Shown here: positions 9,295-17,712 of the stretch, piece by piece | How the letters are laid out: every line of letters begins with the position of its first letter | Numbering within the stretch: the stretch's first letter is position 1 | Source of the DNA: Bacteroidetes bacterium GWF2_41_31 | GTDB taxonomy: Bacteria > Bacteroidota > Bacteroidia > Bacteroidales > F082 | Assembly (NCBI GenBank): GCA_001769215.1 | Contig: MEOL01000044.1 | Span: 4,219-68,218, forward strand | Direction: 5' to 3' | Length of the DNA stretch: 64,000 bases | Translations under genes and position numbers: made by a program | The notes under the pieces: generated by a model | The model's input: only the letters and a program-made list of their open reading frames with translations | Told to the model about the DNA's origin: nothing | The model's database searches: none

Positions 9295-10755
9295 ATGCTC
9301 AAGACTCTTATTTACGCAACTATTTTTTTATTTGTAAGCCAGGCTTACTCTCAGGGTCAAATAAAACAAATTGATTATGGAAAACTTCTTTTTAATTCAT
9401 ATCCAACATATGATATGGTTGTTGATCTTGGAGAAGGTAAATTTGTAATGCCAATTGTAACACTAAAAAAACAAGCTTTACTTGATTGCTATAGTTATGA
9501 TTTACAGAAGATTTATAGTACACCTTTTAGGCAGTCCATCAATTCAAAAAAAGACAAATTTGCTTTAATTACATCATTTCATGAAAATTCAAAGACGCTA
9601 TATGCATTAAGGCAGGATAATTCAAATAATAAGTATTTCATTGAATATCTAAAAATTGATCCGAAATCAGGTAAAACAATTGATCAGGAAATACTTTTAA
9701 AGGACCAGCAGTTCCCAAATGCGTATTATTTCTCCGATAATAAAGAATATTTTGTTGTTATACCTCTAATTAGTTTAAATGGTCTATACGAATATGAGCT
9801 ATTCAATTATAAAGGAGAAAAATTGTACACCTCAATAATAGAGAACAAAGAAGCTCAAAGTTTTTCTGGCTTATTAAATGTAATGACAGTTTCTGATCAT
9901 GGTGACGTTTATGTTGAACGCAGACTTGATGAAGGACACTATTCATTCGATGCTTTTGATGTTTCCGGGAAGGAGATTGTAAGACTCCCATTAAAAATTG
10001 AAAGTAAAAATGGAGAAGTTGTCGATCTTATTATGACTAAATCCGGCGATAGAGAGATCATAGTTACAGCATTACTCGGAGATAAAAAGAACTTTGAACT
10101 TAAAAATTGGGTTATTGATTTCAAAAAACAAGAATTGCAGTTGATTAGTTCTTTTGACATCAATGAAGAAATAATTGGCAAATATATGGCCAGTCTTGAT
10201 AAGGCTCAGATAGTGAGTGTTAAAACACCAAAACCAACCAATAATTTCAAGGACTTAAGTATAGTAAAGATACATTACGTGGAAGGCCAGATAATTGCTG
10301 TGCTTGAATCATATGAATACACAAGGGGAATGCTTGGAACAACTAGTGCGTGGGGTACAAGTAACGATACATATATTATTTCAACAAAATTGAATGGTGA
10401 TTTGAACTGGGTATTTGCGTTACCGAGAAAAGTTGCTCAAAGTCTGTCAAAATATAAATTATTTGGGCCAATGGGAGAAACGGTTAAAGTAAAAACTGAT
10501 GTAATTGATGGTGTTTTAAAAGTTATTACAACGGAAAATTACTCAAATGGAAATTACGGCTATGAAGTACTTAGGGAGATTGATTTATCAACGGGTGAAG
10601 TATCATTTCCAAAAAGATTGCAAAATAAAGAAAATGCAGTATTTGATTTTTCATTTTATGACTACTACAAATGGATAAGTACTGATGAAATAATAATGAT
10701 GACAGCAAAAGGATTTGGCTTTAAACTAGTCAAGATTAATACAAAAAATAAATAG
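9295..10755 (+). CDS. hypothetical secreted protein
   Basis: Signal peptide MLKTLIYATIFLFVSQAYSQ. The gene is AT-rich, and I recognised no family. Confidence 0.6.
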   Translation: MLKTLIYATIFLFVSQAYSQGQIKQIDYGKLLFNSYPTYDMVVDLGEGKFVMPIVTLKKQALLDCYSYDLQKIYSTPFRQSINSKKDKFALITSFHENSKTLYALRQDNSNNKYFIEYLKIDPKSGKTIDQEILLKDQQFPNAYYFSDNKEYFVVIPLISLNGLYEYELFNYKGEKLYTSIIENKEAQSFSGLLNVMTVSDHGDVYVERRLDEGHYSFDAFDVSGKEIVRLPLKIESKNGEVVDLIMTKSGDREIIVTALLGDKKNFELKNWVIDFKKQELQLISSFDINEEIIGKYMASLDKAQIVSVKTPKPTNNFKDLSIVKIHYVEGQIIAVLESYEYTRGMLGTTSAWGTSNDTYIISTKLNGDLNWVFALPRKVAQSLSKYKLFGPMGETVKVKTDVIDGVLKVITTENYSNGNYGYEVLREIDLSTGEVSFPKRLQNKENAVFDFSFYDYYKWISTDEIIMMTAKGFGFKLVKINTKNK

Positions 10756-10813
10756 CGCCACACCGCAATGCATTTACTTCATGGAAGTATACAGTCTGAA
10801 CCTTTCTGACTAC

Positions 10814-10848
10814 GGCAGGTTCACCTGCCTACGGCAGGTAAACCTGCC
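10814..10848. repeat. REP-like tandem hairpins GGCAGG-TTCA-CCTGCC-TAC-GGCAGG-TAAA-CCTGCC
   Basis: Two perfect 6-bp stems read directly, with a third pairing possible between them. Confidence 0.8.
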
Positions 10849-10875
10849 GTGGGTAGATAAACCGACATACAAGTT

Positions 10876-11243
10876 CCCCTGCGCTGTCATATTATTCCCA
10901 CGCAATTCTTCCTAAATTGTGCGCATTTATTCAATCGGATGGTGATACCAAAAGCATCCCGACAAACTTGTTACCAAAACCTGACAATCGAATCCGTAAT
11001 TTCTTAACCACCAATGTAAAACCAATAAAATTAATTCCTAGATTTACACCACCAAACACCCGATGATCTATTTACAATGAAGAAGAATGAAACCGATTAA
11101 ACAAATTATAAACGACTGAAATTGAATAATGTATTGAGAATGAAATTAAATAACTACCAAAAGGAACTACATCAACTGTACCCTTATTATATATATAGCG
11201 GAAATAAACACAATAGTAAGGTAGTTAGCACGTAGTTAGCTGC
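10876..11243 (+). repeat. conserved non-coding element, copy 3 (5' variant II, divergent 3' end)
   Basis: It aligns with copy 2 from CCCTG..GTCATATTATTCC through the core. It ends in GTAGTTAGCACGTAGTTAGCTGC, 20 nt before ATG 11264. Confidence 0.8.
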
Positions 11244-11263
11244 AACTTTAACAAAGTACATAT

Positions 11264-12307
11264 ATGAATAATAGTTCGAGTTCAAGTGTCTTAACAGTAT
11301 TTTATTCGTGGCAATCAGATCTTCCTCCGGAAAATAATAAAAAAGCAATAAAAGGAGTATTAAGAGATGTATTTACGAATATTGAAGAGGAAATTAATGA
11401 ATTGGAAATATTTCTTGATGAAGCCACAAGAAATACTGCTGGTAGTCCAGATATACCATCAACTATTTTTGATAAAATTGAAGCATCTGATATTTTCATT
11501 TGTGATCTTACGACAATAAACAGTGACTCACCAATAGGAACAAGAAAAGTTCCAAACCCAAATGTTTTAATCGAATTAGGTTATGCAATAGCTTTATTAG
11601 GTTGGAATCGAATTATCATGCTATTTAATAAAGCACACGGTATTTTTCCAGATGATTTACCATTTGATATTGCAAAAAGACGCATTACAAATTTCAAAAT
11701 GGAAAATGGAAATGATAAAAATTCAAAAGGAAACATACAAGCAATTTTAAAAAAAGCGATAATAACCATCATCGAACAAAAACCAGTTAAACCATTTGAA
11801 AACAAAGGTTTAAAACCTCTTGAAAAAAAAACTAGAAGAGATATTACAAATATCGTTTGGGCTCTAAAAACTATTAACATACCTATCTTGGACGAATTCA
11901 TTTCGGAGTTGCCTTTTAAAATCAACAGTAAGATATTTCATTTTTGGGAAGGATTTAACGGAGTAATAAATAGCAGTCTATTTCATGTATATGATAATAC
12001 AGTTATGTTATTATTTAAAGAAATACATACTCATTGGGAAAACACCTTATCATTTGGACATAAATATAACGCAATAGACAAATTTGGCAATGCTATATTT
12101 GGAAGTCCAGATGATCCACGAACTGACCAAAGAACACAAGATGATTATAAATTTATTGGCGAAGAAAGAATAAAATTAAAAAATGATTTTCGGACAATAT
12201 TGGATTATATAAGAATTAATTATATAGATATTGACTTGGAAGAAACGAGTCAATATGCTCTCGATGAGTATAATAATTTTTATAAAGGATTCCATTCAAA
12301 TTACTAA
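11264..12307 (+). CDS. TIR-like / nucleoside 2-deoxyribosyltransferase-like N-terminal domain protein with an unknown C-terminal domain
   Basis: N-terminus VFYSWQSDLP .. SDIFICDLT .. NPNVLIELGYAIALLGWNRIIMLFN resembles the Rossmann-like TIR/NDT/SLOG superfamily pattern. I did not recognise the C-terminal ~170 aa. Confidence 0.5.
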   Translation: MNNSSSSSVLTVFYSWQSDLPPENNKKAIKGVLRDVFTNIEEEINELEIFLDEATRNTAGSPDIPSTIFDKIEASDIFICDLTTINSDSPIGTRKVPNPNVLIELGYAIALLGWNRIIMLFNKAHGIFPDDLPFDIAKRRITNFKMENGNDKNSKGNIQAILKKAIITIIEQKPVKPFENKGLKPLEKKTRRDITNIVWALKTINIPILDEFISELPFKINSKIFHFWEGFNGVINSSLFHVYDNTVMLLFKEIHTHWENTLSFGHKYNAIDKFGNAIFGSPDDPRTDQRTQDDYKFIGEERIKLKNDFRTILDYIRINYIDIDLEETSQYALDEYNNFYKGFHSNY

Positions 12308-12314
12308 AAAAGCA

Positions 12315-12438
12315 GCAGCTAACAAAGATGCATATACTTTATGGCGGGTTACGTTATGAAAATGAGTATTTTAGTTCCAAATATAAATCATGGTAGACAG
12401 AAAGATTTGTCTTTCAAAGTCCGACACAAAGCATATGC
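12315..12438 (+). repeat. direct repeat S1 (upstream flank of the R-M unit)
   Basis: GCAGCTAACAAAGATGCATATACTTTATGGCGGGTTACGTTATGAAAATGAGTATTTTAGTTCCA...GACAGAAAGATTTGTCTTTCAAAGTCCGACACAAAGCATATGC recurs at 14812-15018. Confidence 0.85.
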
Positions 12439-12533
12439 ACGCCCGCTAGAGTCAATTTAAAGTGCGTCAGCGTAATGAAATACTTGATTTAAAAACACTA
12501 TTTTTGAAAAATTGCATTACTTAAAAAACTCTC

Positions 12534-13283
12534 ATGAAGAAATTAGATTTATCGAAAGTAAAGAAATATGTTGAGGATAATGTAGGTGAGTTCCACCAAA
12601 AAAGGATTGATAAGCTTGGACTATTGAAACTAAAAGATGTTTTAAGAAGAAAAAACCCTTATTTATTTAAGGCGAAAAATATTATGACAGCTCAAGAATT
12701 GATACAAGGAGTTGTTGATGCATATATTTCTTCTAGTGAAGAAGGGATTTTTGGGAATTGGCTTGAAGGATTAGCCGTATTCGTTAACAGACAAGTTTAT
12801 GGTGGTAGAAAATCTGGAATTCCGGGCGTTGACCTTGAATTTGACAAGGATAATATTAGATATATTGTTTCGATTAAATCAGGCCCAGACTGGGGAAATG
12901 ATGACCAAATTAAAAAGATGGTTGATAATTTTAACTCTGCACGAAAGGTCTTAAAAACATCAGGAGCCCAAATTAATGTTACTGCCATTAATGGTTGTTG
13001 TTATGGAAGGACAACACAAAGAAACAACTATAAGCCTAAAGGTGATTATTATAAATATTGCGGTCAAGTATTTTGGAGTTTTATCTCAGGAAATAATGAA
13101 TTATATAAAGAAATAGTTGAACCTCTTGGATATCTTGCAAAAGAAAAGAATGATGATTATTTGAAAGCATATGCACAAAAAATAAATCTTTTTACAAAAG
13201 AACTGGCCAATGATTTTTTTAAAGATTCTGGAGAAATTGATTGGGATAAGCTGCTCGAATTTAATTCAAAAGGAAATATTTAA
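12534..13283 (+). CDS. putative type II restriction endonuclease
   Basis: It lies immediately upstream of, and co-oriented with, a C5 DNA methyltransferase. A PD-(D/E)xK-like segment GVDLEF..IVSIKSG is present. I could not determine the family (Eco47II/TdeIII/PmeII-like) by eye. Confidence 0.55.
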   Translation: MKKLDLSKVKKYVEDNVGEFHQKRIDKLGLLKLKDVLRRKNPYLFKAKNIMTAQELIQGVVDAYISSSEEGIFGNWLEGLAVFVNRQVYGGRKSGIPGVDLEFDKDNIRYIVSIKSGPDWGNDDQIKKMVDNFNSARKVLKTSGAQINVTAINGCCYGRTTQRNNYKPKGDYYKYCGQVFWSFISGNNELYKEIVEPLGYLAKEKNDDYLKAYAQKINLFTKELANDFFKDSGEIDWDKLLEFNSKGNI

Positions 13284-13344
13284 TAATTTGCCAAAATTTT
13301 TGATAAAATCTAGCAAAAAGTATCTAATTTTGGTACTTTAATAT

Positions 13345-13360
13345 ATTTCGTTAACGAAAT
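13345..13360. promoter_or_regulatory. perfect 16-bp palindrome ATTTCGTTAACGAAAT, candidate operator
   Basis: The palindrome was read directly. It ends 15 nt upstream of the methyltransferase ATG, and that protein carries an N-terminal HTH. Confidence 0.4.
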
Positions 13361-13374
13361 TAAATAAGGTACCT

Positions 13375-14793
13375 ATGATAAGTGTTGAAGATGCATCAAA
13401 GAAATTAAATATTTCTCCACAGCAAGTGAGAAATCTGTGTAGGTCTGGAAAACTAAAAAGCGAGAAAGTTGGTAATACTTGGGTAATTGAGGATTCAATT
13501 CTTGAATACTATTTTGATACAACCTGTTCAGGGGTTGCAGAAGACCAAGTGAAATATGAAAAAACACCAGCCTCTAAAGAATCTCCTATAGCTTTGAGTT
13601 TTTTTAGTGGAGCTATGGGATTGGATATAGGCATTGAAAAAGCTGGTTTTAGAACAATATTTGCGAGCGAAATCAATAATGCTTGTAGAAAAACGATATT
13701 AAAAAATAAGCCAGAAATAAATCTAATTGGTGATATTAGAGATTATACGTCACATGAAATTCGTAATATATCGGGCTTATCTGAAAATGATGATATTGAT
13801 TTAATTATTGGAGGACCTCCTTGTCAATCTTTTAGTACCGCTGGAAAAAGGAAAGGTTTTGAAGATGAAAGAGGAAATGTTTTTCTCACATATATAGACA
13901 TAATAATTGCTCTTAGACCTAAATATGCTGTTATTGAAAATGTTAGGGGATTATTATCAGCGCCTTTAAAACATAGACCTCATAATTATAGAGGAGAAGG
14001 TTTTGAGGAATTAACAGAAGATGAATTACCTGGAGGAGCTTTAAATCATATCATTAAGAAATTAAAAGACAGTGGATATGCTACTTCATTTAATTTATAT
14101 AATTCAGCCAATTTTGGAACGCCACAAAAAAGAGAAAGAGTTATTTTAATATGTTCAAGAGATGGTAAAAAAGCTCCTTATTTAGAACCAACGCATTCTG
14201 AAAATGGAAATTTTAATTTGCCTAAATGGAAAACTTTTAGAGAGACAGTTAGTCATTTAGAAAATTGTCAACATGATTATATCAATTTCCCTGACAAGAG
14301 GTTACAATATTATAAACTTATAACACAAGGAAATAATTGGCGAAGTTTACCGATCGACCTACAAAAGAAAGCGATGGGAGCATCATTCTTTTCAGGAGGT
14401 GGCAAAACTGGTTTTCTAAGGAGGTTGGCTTGGGATGAACCAAGCCCAACACTATTAACTCATCCAGCTATGCCAGCAACGGATCTTTGCCATCCAGAAG
14501 AAAACAGACCACTAAGTATCCAAGAATATAAAGCAATTCAAGAATTTCCAGATGGTTGGAAAATAGAAGGAAGCATTCTTGAGCAATATAAACAAATTGG
14601 AAATGCTGTACCAGTAGGTTTGGGTTTTGCAGTAGGCAGTTTATTAATGAAATTAATCAAGGGGGTAAAAATTAAGAACTATATTGGCTTCAGATTTTCA
14701 AGATATTTAAATACTGATGAATTAAATTGGAAAAGAGACTTTGATAAGCAGAGAAAGATCGAAATTCAAGCTCAATTAGAGTTGCAAACATAA
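13375..14793 (+). CDS. DNA (cytosine-5)-methyltransferase with an N-terminal helix-turn-helix extension
   Basis: C5-MTase motifs I FFSGAMGLDIG, IV GGPPCQSFSTAG, VI ENVRGL, VIII QKRERV and X GNAVPV are present. The first ~50 aa (ISVEDASKKLNISPQQVRNLCRSGKLKSEKVGNTWVI) look like an excisionase/MerR-type HTH. Confidence 0.92.
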   Translation: MISVEDASKKLNISPQQVRNLCRSGKLKSEKVGNTWVIEDSILEYYFDTTCSGVAEDQVKYEKTPASKESPIALSFFSGAMGLDIGIEKAGFRTIFASEINNACRKTILKNKPEINLIGDIRDYTSHEIRNISGLSENDDIDLIIGGPPCQSFSTAGKRKGFEDERGNVFLTYIDIIIALRPKYAVIENVRGLLSAPLKHRPHNYRGEGFEELTEDELPGGALNHIIKKLKDSGYATSFNLYNSANFGTPQKRERVILICSRDGKKAPYLEPTHSENGNFNLPKWKTFRETVSHLENCQHDYINFPDKRLQYYKLITQGNNWRSLPIDLQKKAMGASFFSGGGKTGFLRRLAWDEPSPTLLTHPAMPATDLCHPEENRPLSIQEYKAIQEFPDGWKIEGSILEQYKQIGNAVPVGLGFAVGSLLMKLIKGVKIKNYIGFRFSRYLNTDELNWKRDFDKQRKIEIQAQLELQT

Positions 14794-14811
14794 TAGAATA
14801 AAAGGGAAACT

Positions 14812-15018
14812 GCCGCTAATAATGCATATACTTTATGGCGGGTTAAGTTGTGAATATAAGTATTTTAGTTCCACTTATCTGCCGGTTTACCTACCTTCAT
14901 GCCTTCGGTAGATAAATCGGTAGGTGAACCTACCGTAGGAACGGAGGCAGGAGGCATGAAATATAAATTATCTTGGACAGAAAGATTTGTCTTTTGAAGT
15001 CCGCCACAAAGTGTATGC
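14812..15018 (+). repeat. direct repeat S2 (downstream flank of the R-M unit), interrupted by a REP-like insertion
   Basis: It is collinear with S1 except for about 86 nt at 14874-14959, which carry REP hairpins bounded by TTCATGCC...GGCATGAA. Confidence 0.85.
14874..14959. repeat. REP-like hairpin cluster inserted in S2
   Basis: Contains GGTAGG-TGAA-CCTACC (14919-14934) and an 8-bp terminal inverted repeat TTCATGCC/GGCATGAA. This segment is absent from S1. Confidence 0.75.
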
Positions 15019-15159
15019 TTCCCATTAAATAAGGAATTTGAGATGAACCTACCGAAAATGAATGGAATTTTGTGCTTTCAGTCATTTCTGCAATACCTGT
15101 AAATCCCGCTTTTGAGGCGTAATAAGTGATTCGTTGATTAACAACAACTGGCCGTAACG

Positions 15160-15540
15160 CTATCTGAATACCACCAATAACCCACCTGTAATAAAGGCCA
15201 GTACCCACCAAATGTAGGCGTATCTTGAATAAAGATGCAGTTTTTTGGGTACTTCTGAGTTCATGCCTGATCGGGCAATGAGTTTCCACATGAAAATGGC
15301 GTCCATCATCATGCCCAGCAAGGAGGAATAACCAATAAAACCATGCAGGGTAAAACCGCCTTTATTCGATCCAATGATCATGAAAATGGTAGCCGTAATA
15401 TCCAAAAGAACCCCCAGCGTTAGAAATGTAATCACCCGTTGGCCAATATGTCTGGTCCGCTGTTCGGTTATAATTCCAATGGAGTAGGCTATCAAAGCGA
15501 AAAATACAACGCTGCTGCCAATTTGTAGATAGGTATTCAT
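15160..15540 (-). CDS. small integral membrane protein (4 TM), function unknown
   Basis: 126 aa with hydrophobic helices. I am not confident of any family assignment. Confidence 0.6.
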   Translation of the reverse strand: MNTYLQIGSSVVFFALIAYSIGIITEQRTRHIGQRVITFLTLGVLLDITATIFMIIGSNKGGFTLHGFIGYSSLLGMMMDAIFMWKLIARSGMNSEVPKKLHLYSRYAYIWWVLAFITGGLLVVFR

Positions 15541-15652
15541 TTATTCAATTATTCAGTACGACCGGCAAATATATCAAATATCGTGAAGTGTTTCATCCAT
15601 GTGAATCATTCCTCGAAACCGACTCAATATAAACCTGCGGGTGAGATTGGCT

Positions 15653-17656
15653 TTACCTGCCAATAAACACAACTCTTTTACCTATGGAACTTAATCCGGT
15701 CAACGCGTCTTCGGTAGCGAAGATCCTGGTCAGTTCTTTCAACTCCGATTCACAACCTGAGGCTTCGTTAATCAGCTTTTCAGCTGTTTGCAAGGCAAGA
15801 GGAGCTTTTTGACCTATCTTTTTTGAGAGTTGCTGAGCTTCCTCAACAGGTAAAAAATCATTTTCTGATATTCCTGAAAGTATTTCATTTACAGAATATT
15901 GATCAAAAAATGAACTCAATGCATTAAAATGACCGCTTAAATTGGATTTCCTTTTTTCGGGTATCGCTTTGTAGCCATGCAGAACATCAAACAGGTCGGC
16001 GGGGTCGATGATGGCATCGATCAGTCCCATTTCTAAAGCAATCGTGGAATTAATAAATTGCCCTGTATAGATTAAATATTTTGTTAAGCCTTTGCCAATT
16101 TTCTGCGCTGTTCGTTGTGTGCCGCCGAGTCCGGGATAGATGCCTATGCCCGTTTCAGGAAACGCCATAACAGCCTGTGGCAGGGCGAGGACCGTATCAG
16201 CGCAAAGGGCCAATTCGAGTCCGCCTCCCAGGGCAAGACCGTTAAGAACCGCGACTACATTTTTTGCCGAGTGATCAATTCTATCATACACCTGTTGACC
16301 GAATTTTGAAAACAATTCGATATCTTTAAGCTTTCCTGCTTTCATATTTTTAACGAAAAACCGGATGTCGGCACCCGCTACAAATGCTTTTCCGGTCCCG
16401 GTAATAAAAATGGTGCTGACCGCAGGGTCGGCCTCTGCATCGCTGAATTTTTGGTCCAACTGTGCCATCACCGTTTCGTTGAGTGCGTTCATATCCTCCG
16501 GCCTCGACATGGTGATGGTCGCTAGCGCGCCGTCTTTTTCAAGGCTCACATAATCCAGGTGCCATTTTTGCACTTGAATGCCGCGGGGTAGTTCCATTTT
16601 ATATAACCTGGCTATTTTTTTTACTAACCTGTTCACTTCTTCAACACCGAATTTCAGCATTAAATCAATGGGGCCCAATCGCCAACGCAAGCCTATCCGG
16701 GCACCTCTGTTCAAATCAGAAGCCGAACATACATTTTCGGCCAGTATCTGAGAACAAACGAAGAAAACAACTCCTGCCATTCGTTCGGTAATCAGTTTTT
16801 CAAGTTCGCTGCTGACGGCAGCATTTTCTATGTCTCCCAAATCCCATGGATTACCTGATTCAGCCTGTTTTTGTAATAATGGGCACGTATGGTATAAATT
16901 CCCAAACACTTCCAGGGTTTTTTGAGCGTGATAAGCAATGGGAACGCCTGTGGCATTCATCAATGCAAATGGCCCCATTCCAATTCCAAAGAGTTTCATG
17001 CAGACCTTTTCAACCTGAGGAATGGTAACTGTTTTTTCTTCGTATAACCTGACGGCCTCGTTTAACCAGGGTACAAAAAACCTGTTAACGGCAAAGCCGT
17101 ATGTGTCGGCAGTTGTGATGGCGTCTTTACCTGCCAGAACAGAAAATACCTGCATGGTTTTATATGTTTCAGCAGAAGTCTCTTTACCCGGGATGATCTC
17201 AACCAACCTGTTTTTGGCTGCATGGTAAAAATAGTGCAAACCTATAAAACGGGCAGGATTTGAAATGGATTTGGAGAGTTCTGTAACAGAGAACGATGAG
17301 GTATTGGTGGCGATGATGGTATCCTGACCGACGATCGAATCCAGTGTTTTAAAAAGTTCGCATTTAGCGTCAAAGTTTTCGAAAATAGCCTCCACGATCA
17401 AATCACAGGCTTTTAATCGTTCAAGCTGATGCGTTCCCGAGATGTTCGAAACAATCGATTCAACTTGTTTTGCTGAGAATAGTCCGCGCTCAACACCTTG
17501 ATTTAAAATGTCTTTTATTCCGTTGATTCCTTTATCAACATATTTCATTTCCCTGTCGGCAAGAATCACCTTAAAACCTTGTTGAGCAAATTTTTGTGCA
17601 ATTGCCGAGCCCATGGTTCCTGCGCCAACAACACCTACCGTGTTAATTTTTTTCAT
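15653..17656 (-). CDS. bifunctional 3-hydroxyacyl-CoA dehydrogenase / enoyl-CoA hydratase
   Basis: N-terminal NAD fold VGVVGAGTMGSAIAQ (3HCDH). The C-terminal crotonase domain shows ITGTGKAFVAGADI .. LALGGGLELAL. Confidence 0.85.
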   Translation of the reverse strand: MKKINTVGVVGAGTMGSAIAQKFAQQGFKVILADREMKYVDKGINGIKDILNQGVERGLFSAKQVESIVSNISGTHQLERLKACDLIVEAIFENFDAKCELFKTLDSIVGQDTIIATNTSSFSVTELSKSISNPARFIGLHYFYHAAKNRLVEIIPGKETSAETYKTMQVFSVLAGKDAITTADTYGFAVNRFFVPWLNEAVRLYEEKTVTIPQVEKVCMKLFGIGMGPFALMNATGVPIAYHAQKTLEVFGNLYHTCPLLQKQAESGNPWDLGDIENAAVSSELEKLITERMAGVVFFVCSQILAENVCSASDLNRGARIGLRWRLGPIDLMLKFGVEEVNRLVKKIARLYKMELPRGIQVQKWHLDYVSLEKDGALATITMSRPEDMNALNETVMAQLDQKFSDAEADPAVSTIFITGTGKAFVAGADIRFFVKNMKAGKLKDIELFSKFGQQVYDRIDHSAKNVVAVLNGLALGGGLELALCADTVLALPQAVMAFPETGIGIYPGLGGTQRTAQKIGKGLTKYLIYTGQFINSTIALEMGLIDAIIDPADLFDVLHGYKAIPEKRKSNLSGHFNALSSFFDQYSVNEILSGISENDFLPVEEAQQLSKKIGQKAPLALQTAEKLINEASGCESELKELTRIFATEDALTGLSSIGKRVVFIGR

Positions 17657-17712
17657 TTTATCGTGTGTATGAATAATTGAATTAATTCAAAGGGTTTCAT
17701 GCTTAAAAGTGG

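Noticed and set aside
8821-10848. A CRISPR array, suggested by the recurring GGCAGG..CCTGCC hairpins and other repeats.
   Set aside because: The repeats are palindromic units with irregular spacing from tens to thousands of nt. There are no uniform repeat-spacer periodicity and no cas genes.
6536-15018. Calling the island a bona fide integron, or annotating attC sites as features.
   Set aside because: No intI or any recombinase is in the window. The inter-gene sites are several-fold longer than known attC. The short S-site hairpin is not maintained between S1 and S2. I report it as a hypothesis only.
14930-15289. A 119-aa minus-strand ORF.
   Set aside because: It runs through repeat S2 and the REP insertion and overlaps the better-supported membrane protein gene 15160-15540 in another frame.
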